Shown in pieces: positions 40,884-50,930 of a DNA stretch of 64,000 nucleotides. The notes under the pieces are model-generated. The model was not told the DNA's origin and searched no databases. It saw only the letters and a list, made by a program, of their open reading frames with translations. The translations under genes were made by a program, and so were the position numbers. This stretch comes from Thermoanaerobaculia bacterium (GTDB taxonomy: Bacteria; Acidobacteriota; Thermoanaerobaculia; UBA5066): assembly GCA_038245905.1 (NCBI GenBank), contig JBBRRY010000012.1, forward strand, positions 23,322 to 87,321, given 5' to 3'. Every line of letters starts with the position of its first letter. Within the stretch, counting starts at the first letter, position 1.

Positions 40884-42281
40884 TCAACCGGCGGCCGTCA
40901 GACCGAAGGCCTCCCGGAGCCCCGCTTCGTGGGCCTTCACGGTCTTCGCGACGTCCGAGGCCGTGTGCGCGGTCGAGACGAACATCGCCTCGAACTGAGC
41001 CGGAGCCACGAAGACGCCGCTCCGAAGCAGCGTATGAAACCACCGCTTGAAGGCTTCGAGGTCGGACTTCTTCGCGTCGTCGAAGTTCGTGACGGGTCCC
41101 CTCGTGAAGAACGGCGTCAGGATCGAGCCCACGCGGTTGATCACGACGCGGTTTTCGACGCCGAGCTTCTTCGCGGCCGCGCTCATCCCGTGTTCGAGGT
41201 CTCGTGCCGTCTTCTCGAGCTTCAGGTAGACGGCCGGCGTCAGGGAATCCAGCATCGCCTTCCCCGCCGCCATCGCGAGCGGGTTCCCGGAGAGCGTTCC
41301 GGCCTGGTACACGGGGCCGTCCGGCGCGATCTGCGCCATGAGGTCCGCGCGGCCGCCATAAGCGCCTACGGGCAACCCCCCGCCCAGGATCTTGCCGAGG
41401 CACGTCAGGTCGGGCCGGATTCCGTAAAGCTCCTGCGCCCCGCCCTTCGCGATCCGGAATCCGCTGATCACCTCGTCGAAGAGCAGCGCCGCTCCTTCGC
41501 GATCCGCGATGCGGCGGAGGCCCTCGAGGAAGCCTGGGGCCGGCGCCACGATGCCCATATTCGCGGCGATCGGCTCGACGGCGATGACGGCGATGCGCTT
41601 CGGATGCGCCCGAAAGAGCGCCTCGACCGACGGGAGGTCGTTGTAGCGCGCAGTCAGCGTGAGGCCGGCGAGAGAGCTCGGGACGCCGGGCGAGCCCGGA
41701 ATGCCGAGCGTCGCGACCCCCGAGCCCGCCGAAACGAGAAACGAGTCGGCGTGTCCGTGATAGCAGCCCGCGAATTTCAGGACGAGATCGCGGCCGGTGG
41801 CGCCGCGCGCGAGGCGGACCGCGCTCATCGCGGCTTCCGTTCCCGAGGACACGAATCGCACCTTCTCCATCGACGGGAAGGCCTGTGTGACGCGCTCGGC
41901 GAGCTCGACCTCGCCCTTCGACGGCGCGCCGTAGGACGTGCCGCGCGGCAGCGCTCTGCGGACGGCCGACAGGATCGGCCCGTGCGCGTGCCCGAACACG
42001 AGCGGCCCGTAGGACATGACCCAGTCGACGTACCGGTTCCCGTCCACGTCGATCAGCGTCGCGCCGCGACCCTTCTTCACGAAGAACGGCTGGCCGCCCA
42101 CGGACGCGAACGACCGCACGGGCGACGAGACGCCCCCCGGCATGCGTTTCTTTGCGCGAAGAAACAGCGCTTCTGAGAGGGCGGTCCGCCGCACGCGCGT
42201 ACGGGCCGGCGGCGCGTTCCCTCTTCCCTTTCTAAGCAAATCTTTGTTTTCTTTCTTTTCTTTCTTTTCTTCCTTCTTCAT
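40884..42281 (-). CDS. hemL: Glutamate-1-semialdehyde 2,1-aminomutase with a Lys/Glu-rich N-terminal extension
   Basis: PGGVSSPVR, SSGTEA, GCYHGH, FDEVISGFR, GKILGGG and YQAGTLSGNP; ATGA overlap with hemB. Confidence 0.95.
   Translation of the reverse strand: MKKEEKKEKKENKDLLRKGRGNAPPARTRVRRTALSEALFLRAKKRMPGGVSSPVRSFASVGGQPFFVKKGRGATLIDVDGNRYVDWVMSYGPLVFGHAHGPILSAVRRALPRGTSYGAPSKGEVELAERVTQAFPSMEKVRFVSSGTEAAMSAVRLARGATGRDLVLKFAGCYHGHADSFLVSAGSGVATLGIPGSPGVPSSLAGLTLTARYNDLPSVEALFRAHPKRIAVIAVEPIAANMGIVAPAPGFLEGLRRIADREGAALLFDEVISGFRIAKGGAQELYGIRPDLTCLGKILGGGLPVGAYGGRADLMAQIAPDGPVYQAGTLSGNPLAMAAGKAMLDSLTPAVYLKLEKTARDLEHGMSAAAKKLGVENRVVINRVGSILTPFFTRGPVTNFDDAKKSDLEAFKRWFHTLLRSGVFVAPAQFEAMFVSTAHTASDVAKTVKAHEAGLREAFGLTAAG
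42219..42245 (-). repeat. Dispersed motif, copy in the hemL N-terminal extension
   Basis: AAAGATTTGCTTAGAAAGGGAAGAGGG preceded by a purine tract (42246-42280). Confidence 0.65.
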
Positions 42282-43249
42282 CCGAGCCACTCCGCCGCCT
42301 CCTTCGCGTGATACGTGAGGATGAGGTCCGCGCCCGCCCGCCGCATCGACGTGAGGATCTCCAGCGTCACGCGTTTCCCGTCGATCCAGCCGTTCGCCGC
42401 CGCGGCCTTCACCATCGCGTACTCCCCGGAGACGTTGTAGCAGGCGACGGGCACGTTCGTGGCCTCCTTCGCCGCGCGGATGACGTCGAGGTACGAGAGC
42501 GCGGGCTTGACCATCACGAGGTCCGCGCCTTCCTCGATGTCCGAAAGAATTTCCTTCACGCCCTCGCGCACGTTCGCCGGATCCATCTGATACGAGCGCC
42601 GGTCGCCGAAGGAGGGCGTCGACCCGGCGGCCTCTCGAAACGGGCCGTAGAAGCCCGACGCGTACTTCGCGGCGTACGCGAGGAGAGCGACGTCGCGGAA
42701 TCCCCCGCCGTCGAGCTTCGCCCGGATCGCCCCGACGCGTCCGTCCATCATGTCGGACGGCGCGACGACGTCCGCACCCGCCTGCGCGTGAGCGAGCGCC
42801 TGCGCCGCCAAGAGGGGCAGCGTCGCGTCGTTGTCCACGGTCCCCCCGGCCAGCGCCCCGCAATGGCCGTGGTCGGTGTACTCGCAGAGACAGACGTCCG
42901 TCATGACGACCGTGGCCGGGCTCTCGGCCTTGATCGCCCGCACGGCTTTGCAGACAGGGCCCTCGGGATCGGCGCCCGACGTGCCCATGGCGTCCTTGTG
43001 CTCCGGAATTCCGAAGAGGATCACGGAGAGGACGCCGAGAGAGGCGAGCGCCTTCGCTTCTTTTGCGGCCAGGTCGGCCGAGACCCGGTCGACCCCCGGC
43101 ATCGACGGCACCGGCTGCCGCACGCCGCTTCCCGGCACGACGAACATCGGCGCGATGAAGTGCGACGGCGCGAGAGACGTCTCCCTCACGAGCGTCCGAA
43201 GGCTCTCGGAGCGCCTGAGGCGGCGGTAGCGGTGGAGGGGAAAGCTCAT
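42278..43249 (-). CDS. hemB: Porphobilinogen synthase
   Basis: DVCLCEYTDHGHCG, PSDMMDGR, FYGPFR, MVKPA and YNVSGEY. Confidence 0.96.
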   Translation of the reverse strand: MSFPLHRYRRLRRSESLRTLVRETSLAPSHFIAPMFVVPGSGVRQPVPSMPGVDRVSADLAAKEAKALASLGVLSVILFGIPEHKDAMGTSGADPEGPVCKAVRAIKAESPATVVMTDVCLCEYTDHGHCGALAGGTVDNDATLPLLAAQALAHAQAGADVVAPSDMMDGRVGAIRAKLDGGGFRDVALLAYAAKYASGFYGPFREAAGSTPSFGDRRSYQMDPANVREGVKEILSDIEEGADLVMVKPALSYLDVIRAAKEATNVPVACYNVSGEYAMVKAAAANGWIDGKRVTLEILTSMRRAGADLILTYHAKEAAEWLG

Positions 43250-44022
43250 CGTATTTCCTTCCGGAGGAGGTCGAGAAGTTCGGAGAGGCGCGCGTGCGTG
43301 GGTATCAGCGGCGGAGGCAGCCCCCGGGCCGTGACGGCCTTCGCGGTTTCGGGCCCGAGCACGCCCCATCTTAACGGCGAGAGAGACGCGGCCGGCACGT
43401 CCAGGGCGGCGAGAAACGCGTCGAGACCTGCCGTCGAGCCTACGGCCACGGCGGCGAACCGGCCGGCACGGAAGTCGGAGAGGATCGAAGAATTCAGCTC
43501 GGAGAGGGAAAGAGCCTTTTTCTCATAGACCACCGGGGCCGAGAGCAGGAAGCCGAGAGCGAGAATTTCTTCGAATGGCTCCGGAGCCGCGTCCGAGCCG
43601 TGCGGCCACAGAATGCGCATCCCCACCGCCGCTGAAGATTTTCTTAGAAGGTCAATGACCCCCGCGGCTCCGGGAACCTCGGGAACGACGATCGACGCCG
43701 CATTTGCCCCACTGTAGGTTGACGCTCCGGCGACTCGGCCTGCGTCGGCGCCCCCGGTATTCACCCTTCTAAGAAAATCTCCGGTTCCCTCCCCGACCGC
43801 GATCATTTCGGCGAAGGGGGCGCGAAAGAGAGGGAGCAGAAACCGGATCGTCTCCTTCGACGATACGACGAGCGTCGAACCCGAGGCGTCGTACGCGAGC
43901 GCCTCGGCGATCCCCTCGGGGCGCGGCGCGACGGCGTGCGTGTGAAGAACGGTCACGTCTCCGGGAGTCGCGTCCTCCGACCCGGCGGCGCTGGAGCGCA
44001 GGAGGAGGATCCTGCCGCTCAC
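43246..44022 (-). CDS. hemD: Uroporphyrinogen-III synthase, divergent
   Basis: Sits between hemC and hemB with overlapping start and stop codons; AVGEGT, VVYE and LGPETA. Confidence 0.75.
   Translation of the reverse strand: MSGRILLLRSSAAGSEDATPGDVTVLHTHAVAPRPEGIAEALAYDASGSTLVVSSKETIRFLLPLFRAPFAEMIAVGEGTGDFLRRVNTGGADAGRVAGASTYSGANAASIVVPEVPGAAGVIDLLRKSSAAVGMRILWPHGSDAAPEPFEEILALGFLLSAPVVYEKKALSLSELNSSILSDFRAGRFAAVAVGSTAGLDAFLAALDVPAASLSPLRWGVLGPETAKAVTARGLPPPLIPTHARLSELLDLLRKEIR
43634..43782. repeat. Dispersed motif, inverted pair inside hemD
   Basis: Plus strand GAAGATTTTCTTAGAAGGTCAA (43634-43655); minus strand GGAGATTTTCTTAGAAGGGTGAA (43760-43782). Confidence 0.72.
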
Positions 44023-45059
44023 TCCGCCGCCCGCTCTCGCGACGCGTCGATGAGACGCGCGGCGCCCCGCGCGAGCAGCTTCTCGGCGAGGAGGCGGCCG
44101 AGGGAGGAAGAAGAAGAAAGAGAAAGAGAAAAATTCTTTGAAGGTGAAGAGGGGGAAGGAGAGGGCGACAGCGCGAAGGGTTCGCTCAGTTCGTCTTCGA
44201 GACACTCCGTGCCGTCGAGCGAGAGGACGCGGCCCACGAGCTTCAGTGTCCTGCCTTTTCCTTCGCCTTCAAAGAATCCCCGTGCGCCGACAGGCGCCCG
44301 GCATCCCCCTCTGAGATATTGCAGAAGGTCGCGTTCGATCTCCGCGGCCACTCGCGAGATCGGGTCTTCCATCTTCAGCAAAATCTCCCGTGTCTCTTCG
44401 TCGTCCGCCCGGCAGCCAACTCCGAGCGCGCCCTGCGCGGGCGCGCCGAGCATTTCGTCCGGCGGGAGCCGGCGGGTGATGACACCGCCGCGGCCGAGCC
44501 GGTCGAGGCCCGCGCACGCGAGGATGAGCGCGTCGGCGCGGCCCTCCTCGAGGCGCTGGAGGCGCGTGTCGACGTTGCCGGCCATCGCCACCGTCGCGAG
44601 GTCGGGCCGAATCCTCAGAAGCTGCGACACGCGCCGGGGCGACGACGTCGCCACAACTGCCCCGTGCGGCAGCGCGCTCACCGTCGTCACGCTCGCGTGC
44701 CGCGAGGCGACGACGAATGCGTCGCGGGCGTCCGCACGCATCGGGACGGCGCCGAGGCAGGTGCCCGCCGCAAGGACCGTGGGGACGTCCTTGAGGGAGT
44801 GGACCGCGAAGTCGATCTCGTTTCGAAGGAGCGCCTCGTCGAGCGCACGCACGAAGACGCCGGCGGCATCGCCTCCGGGAGGTGCCTTGCCCTCGCTGGA
44901 GAGCTGGTCTCCCTGAGTCCGGATGATGACGGCCTCAACCGCGCGGCCGGAGACGCGGGAAAGCTCCGCGGCAAACGCCCCCGACTGGGTGCGGGCGAGC
45001 GCGCTGGCGCGCGTGCCCATCCGGAGCGGGCGCGGGTAGGGAGACGCGGTCGCGGTCAT
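44019..45059 (-). CDS. hemC: Hydroxymethylbilane synthase
   Basis: GTRASALA, AVHSLKDVP, TSSPRR, GNVDTRL, PAQGALG and GGC. Confidence 0.94.
   Translation of the reverse strand: MTATASPYPRPLRMGTRASALARTQSGAFAAELSRVSGRAVEAVIIRTQGDQLSSEGKAPPGGDAAGVFVRALDEALLRNEIDFAVHSLKDVPTVLAAGTCLGAVPMRADARDAFVVASRHASVTTVSALPHGAVVATSSPRRVSQLLRIRPDLATVAMAGNVDTRLQRLEEGRADALILACAGLDRLGRGGVITRRLPPDEMLGAPAQGALGVGCRADDEETREILLKMEDPISRVAAEIERDLLQYLRGGCRAPVGARGFFEGEGKGRTLKLVGRVLSLDGTECLEDELSEPFALSPSPSPSSPSKNFSLSLSSSSSLGRLLAEKLLARGAARLIDASRERAAE
44126..44280. repeat. Dispersed motif, inverted pair inside hemC
   Basis: Plus strand GAGAAAAATTCTTTGAAGGTGAAGAGGG (44126-44153); minus strand GGGATTCTTTGAAGGCGAAGG (44260-44280). 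Confidence 0.65.
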
Positions 45060-46327
45060 TTGGGGCTTTCGTCGAGCCGGAACAGGGCACGCACGGCCGC
45101 GGCGCGCTCGAGTCGCTCCGAGCCGTCGCCTTCCTTCAAGCCCACCGTCGGATCGTGGAGGATGTGGGCGACGAGCGTCTCCGTCAGCCGCTCGACCGCG
45201 GCCCGGTCGGACGCGCTCAATGTGGCGAGCTTGCCGGCGTGCTTCTCGAGCTCGACGCGCCGGATACTCTCGAGCTTCTCGCGAAGAGAGCACACGACGT
45301 CCGTCTGCAGGAGGCCGCCGCGCCATTCCTGGAACTTCAGGACGCACTCCTCGACGATGACTTCCGCGCGCGGGACCTCGCCCGCACGGGCCCGCGCGTT
45401 CACGGCCGCCATCTCCTGCAGGGAGTCGAGATCGTAACGGTAGACGTCGGAGAGTTCGCCGACTTCGGTTTCGACGTCGCGCGGCACGGCCAGGTCGAGG
45501 ACGAGAAGCGGCCCGCGGCGCGGCGCCGCTTGCAGCGCGGTGCGGAGCGCCCCAGCCGTGAGGACGGGCTCGGTCGCGTTCGTGGCGCTGAGGATGAGGT
45601 CCACGCCCGCCGCCGCCAGGGCCCGGTCTTCCCACCGGACGGCGCGCCCCCGGTTGGCAGCGGCGAGAGCCTCGCCCTTCTCGTGCGATCGGTTCGTCAC
45701 GAGGATCTCGGAGACGCCGTCCTCGGCGAGCAGGCGGGCCGTGAGCTCCGCGGTCTCGCCCGCCCCGATCAGGAGGACCTTCCGGCCCTTCAGCGACTCG
45801 AAGATGCGCGCCGCGAGACCGAGCGCAAGGCCGGCAACCGACGTGGGCTTCTGCCCGAGCGCCGTCTCCGCCCGCACGCGCTTGCCGCATTCGAGGGCGC
45901 TCATGAAAAGACGGTTCGTGACGGTGCGGATCGTTCCGGCTGCCGTCGCGAGGCGGTGCGCCTCGCGGATCTGCCCGAGGATCTGTGCTTCTCCAACGAC
46001 CATGGAGTCGAGCCCCGCCGCGACGCGGAAGAGATGGCGCGGGGTGGCGTCGCCGCGGCCCGAGAGCGCCGTCTGCCGGAGAAGAGCGTCGTCCACGCTA
46101 TGGAACCGCGAGAAGAATTCCGCGAGCGCGTCGAGGCTGTCCTCGCGCGCCGCGATACCGTAAATCTCGGCGCGGTTACAGGTGGACACGATCGCGCCTT
46201 CCGACAGAATGTGCTCCGCGAAGAGGCCGTCGAGCGCCTCGCGCGCCTTCTCGGGCGTGAACGCGAGTCTCTCTCTCAGTTCGAGAGGCGCGGCGCGATG
46301 GTCCCATCCGACGAAGAGGAGGTTCAT
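45056..46327 (-). CDS. hemA: Glutamyl-tRNA reductase
   Basis: STCNRAE, GLDSMVVGEAQILGQ, IGAGE and DLAVPRD. Confidence 0.95.
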   Translation of the reverse strand: MNLLFVGWDHRAAPLELRERLAFTPEKAREALDGLFAEHILSEGAIVSTCNRAEIYGIAAREDSLDALAEFFSRFHSVDDALLRQTALSGRGDATPRHLFRVAAGLDSMVVGEAQILGQIREAHRLATAAGTIRTVTNRLFMSALECGKRVRAETALGQKPTSVAGLALGLAARIFESLKGRKVLLIGAGETAELTARLLAEDGVSEILVTNRSHEKGEALAAANRGRAVRWEDRALAAAGVDLILSATNATEPVLTAGALRTALQAAPRRGPLLVLDLAVPRDVETEVGELSDVYRYDLDSLQEMAAVNARARAGEVPRAEVIVEECVLKFQEWRGGLLQTDVVCSLREKLESIRRVELEKHAGKLATLSASDRAAVERLTETLVAHILHDPTVGLKEGDGSERLERAAAVRALFRLDESPK

Positions 46328-47166
46328 GACGTGAAGTCGTGCAGCTTGCTGACGAAGACGTTGACCGCGGTGTACGAGAGGAGCACGAGCAGGAACCCCA
46401 CGACCGAAAGCCGCGCCGTCGAGACAGGAGCCGCCCCGCGGTGGGCGCGCACGAGCACGAAAATGTAGAACGCGAGCGTCGCGAGCGCGAACCAGATCTT
46501 CGGGTCGAGCGCCCACAGCGGATGCTCACCCTTCCACATGCGCGACGCCCAGAAAAGCCCGAGGAGGAGCCCGATCGACAGGGTCACGATTCCGAGAGAG
46601 AGCGACGTGCGGTTTGCCCTCTCGAGGTACGACAGGCTCGGGAGCCGCGACGCCGGCCCCGAGAAGGCGCGCTTTTTCAAGGAACGGCCGACCCAGAGAT
46701 ACAGGAGCGACAGCGCGCACGCGACCGCGAAGGCAGCGTACGCGAGCATGTTCAGCGTGACGTGCAACGCGAAGACCGGGCCCTTCAGCTCGGGCGCGTC
46801 CGCGTGGACGGGCGGCGTCAGGGACATGCCGAGGAGCAGAAACGCGAGCGCGGCGGGCATCAGGAAGGGACCGAGGGACCTGTCCCGGTGCCGGAACTCG
46901 AGGACGATGTTGAGAACCGCGAGGAAGAAGCCGAAGAGCTTCATCGAGCCGAGGAGGTCGCGGTACGGCACGCTGTGGAGAGCGACCGACCGCGCATACA
47001 GCGCCCCGAAGTTCGAGAGGGCGCCCACGATCGCAAACGCGGTCGCGGCCCGGCCGATCGCCGCGTGCGTCCGGTAGAGCGACATCGTGTAGAGAATCGC
47101 CGACAGGGAATAGGCCACGAGGGCAACCCAGCCCAGCGTGGAAGCGATCTCGGTGGCATTCGTCAC
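46324..47166 (-). CDS. CcsA/HemX-like cytochrome c assembly family membrane protein
   Basis: About eight TM segments, FALHVTL and WALDPKIW; coupled to hemA. Confidence 0.8.
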   Translation of the reverse strand: MTNATEIASTLGWVALVAYSLSAILYTMSLYRTHAAIGRAATAFAIVGALSNFGALYARSVALHSVPYRDLLGSMKLFGFFLAVLNIVLEFRHRDRSLGPFLMPAALAFLLLGMSLTPPVHADAPELKGPVFALHVTLNMLAYAAFAVACALSLLYLWVGRSLKKRAFSGPASRLPSLSYLERANRTSLSLGIVTLSIGLLLGLFWASRMWKGEHPLWALDPKIWFALATLAFYIFVLVRAHRGAAPVSTARLSVVGFLLVLLSYTAVNVFVSKLHDFTS

Positions 47167-47253
47167 GGCCGCGATTATAGGAACCCGCGCCGAGAGAGAA
47201 TCAGTACCGATGCATCAGGGTACCCCCATGTCGCTTCAGACACGGAACGCGCC

Positions 47254-49131
47254 GTGACCCGCGCGCAGTTCCTGTCCTTTGCCGAATCGCTCGGCGCGGC
47301 AGCGCTCGCGTGCGGCCTCGCCTTCCGCTTACGCCTCCACGCCGCCTCTCCCCTTCCCTCCGCCGAGCCGGTTCGATGGCTTCTCGCGGGAGCCGTCGAC
47401 GACCTCGCGATTCTCGCCGCAGGAGCTTTTCTCTGCCTTCTTCTTCTCGGCAGGCGGCCGCGCGTCGCGGCCGCCGCGTTCCTCACTCTTGCCCTCATCG
47501 CCTCGATCCTGACGTTCCTCTGGTCCGAGGCGCTCGTCTACTTCGGCCATCCTCCGCGCCGGACGGAATTCTCCATCGGTTGGGACGCGTCGTTTCTCAC
47601 GAAGTCGATCGACGCGGGTTTCGCACTGAGGGCAACGCTCGCGCTCCTCGCGCTCGCGGGAGCCGTGGCCTTCTCGATGCGTCGCGCGCGGCGTATCCCG
47701 CCACGCCTCGGCGAACGCTCTCTCGCGATCCTCGCCCTGTCGGCCTGCGTTCTGGCCGCGCTTCCGCTTCCCGTACACCTGCGGCTGACGTCGCGCCACC
47801 CCCTGCTCGCCCTGCCCGGTCTTCTTCGCGAACCGGACGCGCGGACCCACGGCGGTGCTCCTTCCTTCCGGCGTCTCGGGACGTCTGGCGGATCCGGCGC
47901 GCGGGCCCCGGCGCCCGCCGGGTCGCGCACGGCGGGCGCGCCGCTCGTTCCCGCCGGCCTGCGCCCGAATATCGTCTTCCTGCTCCTCGAGGGCGTCCGT
48001 TCGGAAGAGCTCGGCGCGTGGGGCGGCCTCAAAGGCCTCTCGCCCCACCTCGACGATCTCGCCCGCCATGGCGTGCGCGTCGATCGTGCCCTAAGCCCGG
48101 GCACGCACACGCCGGAGGGAGAGCTCGCTCTCTGGTATGGCCTCCTCGCGAGCCCGCATTCCCTGATCCTCACCGAAGAGCCAGACCTGCCTCGCGATGG
48201 GCTCCCGGAGATTCTCGCGCGCGCCGGCTGGAAGTCCTTCCTCTGGATTCACAACGGCGACCAGACGTTCTACCGGCGCGACCGGTTCTACACGGCGCGC
48301 GGGTTCCGCCTGATCGACGGCCGCGACTTCGATCCCGGGGAGCCGCGAACGAACTGGGGATACTCGGACAAGGCGCTCATGCGCGCGGCCGTCCGCGCGT
48401 TCGACCGGCTCGAGGAGCCATTCGCGGCGATGGCGCTCACCGTGTCGAACCACCATCCGTTCCAGGTCCCCGAGGACGCCTCCACGCCGTTCGAGCCGCC
48501 GGAGACGGCGCGCGGCGGCTTCGTGAGCGGGCTCGGCCTCTCGAGGGCTCTTGGCCTCCATACCGGGCCGATGCTGAAGACGATTCACTACACGGACGAG
48601 GCGATCGGGTTGTTCTTCGAGCGCGCGCGGAGCCGCCCCTGGTTTCAGCGGACGATCTTCGTGATCTCGGGGGATCACGGCCTTCCGATCGCCGCTCTCG
48701 GAGGCACGCCCACGCCGCACCACTTCGCCTCCCTTCGCCACCAGGTGCCGCTCGTCTTCTTTTCTCCGCTCTTCGCCGGGGGGATTGTGCTCGAAGGCCC
48801 CGCGTCTCTGGCGGACGTCCCGGCGACGCTTCTCGGATTCCTCGGCCTCCCGGAGAGCCCTGGAGACGGACGGGATCTTTTCGCACGTGAGCCGGCCGGT
48901 CTGCCCGTCATCGCATGGGACGGCGAGGGCCGCAGCGTCATGGCCTCCAATCGCGACTTCGTCTACCACGCGACGCTCGAGCCTGGTGACGGCGGGGCCC
49001 TCCGCGTCACCGGAGAGAGCCTGTTTTCGGCGGGCGACGCCGCGGGCGCGACCGACCTCGCGCCGCGCGAGCCGGAAGCCATGGCTCTCTTCCGCGCGAG
49101 CGTTCTCGCGTGGGCCGGCGCGAAGCCCTGA
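47254..49131 (+). CDS. LTA synthase/sulfatase-family membrane enzyme
   Basis: N-terminal TM segments; PNIVFLLLEG, HTPEGE, WGYSD, SNHHPF, HYTD and SGDHG. Confidence 0.82.
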   Translation: MTRAQFLSFAESLGAAALACGLAFRLRLHAASPLPSAEPVRWLLAGAVDDLAILAAGAFLCLLLLGRRPRVAAAAFLTLALIASILTFLWSEALVYFGHPPRRTEFSIGWDASFLTKSIDAGFALRATLALLALAGAVAFSMRRARRIPPRLGERSLAILALSACVLAALPLPVHLRLTSRHPLLALPGLLREPDARTHGGAPSFRRLGTSGGSGARAPAPAGSRTAGAPLVPAGLRPNIVFLLLEGVRSEELGAWGGLKGLSPHLDDLARHGVRVDRALSPGTHTPEGELALWYGLLASPHSLILTEEPDLPRDGLPEILARAGWKSFLWIHNGDQTFYRRDRFYTARGFRLIDGRDFDPGEPRTNWGYSDKALMRAAVRAFDRLEEPFAAMALTVSNHHPFQVPEDASTPFEPPETARGGFVSGLGLSRALGLHTGPMLKTIHYTDEAIGLFFERARSRPWFQRTIFVISGDHGLPIAALGGTPTPHHFASLRHQVPLVFFSPLFAGGIVLEGPASLADVPATLLGFLGLPESPGDGRDLFAREPAGLPVIAWDGEGRSVMASNRDFVYHATLEPGDGGALRVTGESLFSAGDAAGATDLAPREPEAMALFRASVLAWAGAKP

Positions 49132-49168
49132 GGGTTCGTCGCGCTTTGCGATGCTAATCTCCGCCGCC

Positions 49169-50224
49169 ATGTCCGCAGCCGCCGTGTCCGCCGCCAAGGG
49201 TCCGTCCCGCCAGCGCTTTCTCGATGCGGCCTTCGGGCGTCCGACAGATGTCCCCCCGGTTTGGCTCATGCGGCAGGCTGGCCGCTACCTGCCCGAGTAT
49301 CGCGAGGTGAGGAAGCGCCTCAAGTTCCTCGAGCTGTGCGCGGACGTGCCGGCCGCGATCGAAGTGACGCTCCAGCCGTTCCGGCGCTTCGGCATGGACG
49401 GCATCGTCTTCTTCTCCGACATCCTCATCCCGCTGCCGCCGATGGGAATCGAGGTCCAGCTCGACGAAGGGGGCCCGAAGCTCCCGAGCCCGATCCGCAC
49501 CGCCGCCGACGTCGCGAGGCTTCGCGACTTCGACCCGAATGTCGAGACGGCGTTCGTGATGGAGATCCACCGCGGCCTCAAGCGCATCGTCCACGACGAG
49601 GCGGCCACGATCGGATTCTGCGGGGCGCCGTGGACCCTCGCGACGTACGCGATCGAGGGCGGCTCCTCGAAGTCGTTCACGAACGTCAAGACCATGATGC
49701 ATCGCGAGCCGAAGGTGCTCGAGGATCTGCTCGCGAAGCTGGCCGACGGGTGCGGCCGATACCTCGCGGCGCAGATCGAGGCCGGCGCGGACCTCGTCCA
49801 GATCTTCGATTCGTGGGCCGGCGAGCTGTCGCGCGCCGACTACGACCGCTTCGCGCGCCCCGCGACCGAGCGGCTCCTCTCGCACCTGCCGCGGCGCGGC
49901 CAGGTGCCCGTCGTCCACTTCGCCTCGGGTTCGTCGCATCTCGTCGACTCGTTCGCCCAGATGCCGGTCGACGTCCTCTCCATCGACTGGAAGCTCCCGC
50001 TCGACGAGGCGCGTAAGCGCGCGAACGGCAAGGCGCTGCAGGGCAACGTCGATCCGGGCCTCCTCCTCGGAACGCCGGAGGGCGTGCGGGACGCCGTCAT
50101 GGCCACGCGCCGAGCCGCGGGCCCGGTGGGACACATCGTGAACCTCGGCCACGGCATCCTGCCTCCCACGCCGATCGAAAACGTCGCCGCGTTCGTTGCG
50201 GCGGCGCGCGCACCGCTCGGTTAG
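49169..50224 (+). CDS. hemE: Uroporphyrinogen decarboxylase
   Basis: PVWLMRQAGRYLPEY, FSDIL, GAPWTLATY, QIFDSW and NLGHG. Confidence 0.96.
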   Translation: MSAAAVSAAKGPSRQRFLDAAFGRPTDVPPVWLMRQAGRYLPEYREVRKRLKFLELCADVPAAIEVTLQPFRRFGMDGIVFFSDILIPLPPMGIEVQLDEGGPKLPSPIRTAADVARLRDFDPNVETAFVMEIHRGLKRIVHDEAATIGFCGAPWTLATYAIEGGSSKSFTNVKTMMHREPKVLEDLLAKLADGCGRYLAAQIEAGADLVQIFDSWAGELSRADYDRFARPATERLLSHLPRRGQVPVVHFASGSSHLVDSFAQMPVDVLSIDWKLPLDEARKRANGKALQGNVDPGLLLGTPEGVRDAVMATRRAAGPVGHIVNLGHGILPPTPIENVAAFVAAARAPLG

Positions 50225-50228
50225 GACC

Positions 50229-50855
50229 CTAATCGCCGATATCCGTCTGCGTTGATCCCGACGGGGTCGCGCGAAAGACGAGGGTCACCGAACCCAGCCG
50301 GATCTCGTCCCCGTCGGCCAGCTTCGCGGGCGCGTCGAGGCGCCGCCCGTTCAAGCGCGTTCCATTCTTGCTGCCAAGATCCTCGAGCATGAGGATGTCG
50401 CCTGAAACGACGATCCGCGCGTGGTGCCGCGAGATCGACTTCATCGAGATCACGACGGACGCGTCGCTGTCCCGCCCCAGCACGTTCTCGCCCGGGTGCA
50501 GCTCGAACTCCTTCGCGAGGTGCGTCAGGAAGAAACGGGCACGAACAGAGGACGCCGGCTCCGTGTGAAACGCGTAGCCGAAACCGTACACCGTCGTGAG
50601 GTAGCGGGGCTTCCGGGCATCCTCGCCGAGGGCGGACCGGATCTCCGAAACGAGACTCTTCAGGTTCGACTCCTCCACGAAGACCCCCGGCCAGAGGGCT
50701 TCGTAGAGGTCTTCCTTCGACACGGCCCGCGGCGCGCTCGTAATCAGCACCTCGAGGAGCCAGAACGCCTTCGGCGAGAGATGCACCGGCGCCGTCCCCC
50801 TGCGCACTTCCCGTCTCTCGGGGTCGAAGACATGGGCACCGAACCTGGTCTGCAT
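50229..50855 (-). CDS. OmpR-type winged-helix plus FHA transcription regulator
   Basis: LSPKAFWLL...LYEALWP...TVYGFGY; LGR, SRHHA and DLGSKNGT. Confidence 0.9.
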   Translation of the reverse strand: MQTRFGAHVFDPERREVRRGTAPVHLSPKAFWLLEVLITSAPRAVSKEDLYEALWPGVFVEESNLKSLVSEIRSALGEDARKPRYLTTVYGFGYAFHTEPASSVRARFFLTHLAKEFELHPGENVLGRDSDASVVISMKSISRHHARIVVSGDILMLEDLGSKNGTRLNGRRLDAPAKLADGDEIRLGSVTLVFRATPSGSTQTDIGD

Positions 50856-50884
50856 CGGAATCCACCGGAATCCTACCGGTTCCT
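50855..50884. promoter_or_regulatory. Three 10-bp-phased direct repeats (candidate winged-helix binding site)
   Basis: tcggaatcca / ccggaatcct / accggttcct between divergent genes. Confidence 0.5.
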
Positions 50885-50930
50885 CACGACTTTGAGTTCT
50901 CCGGAAGCCAGCTTAGGGAAGGAGGATCCC

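Noticed and set aside
44310-44392. Further weak matches to the dispersed motif in hemC (GAGATATTGCAGAAGGTC and GAGATTTTGCTGAAGATGGAAGA)
   Set aside because: Too degenerate to count without a PWM; noted only as possible decayed copies.
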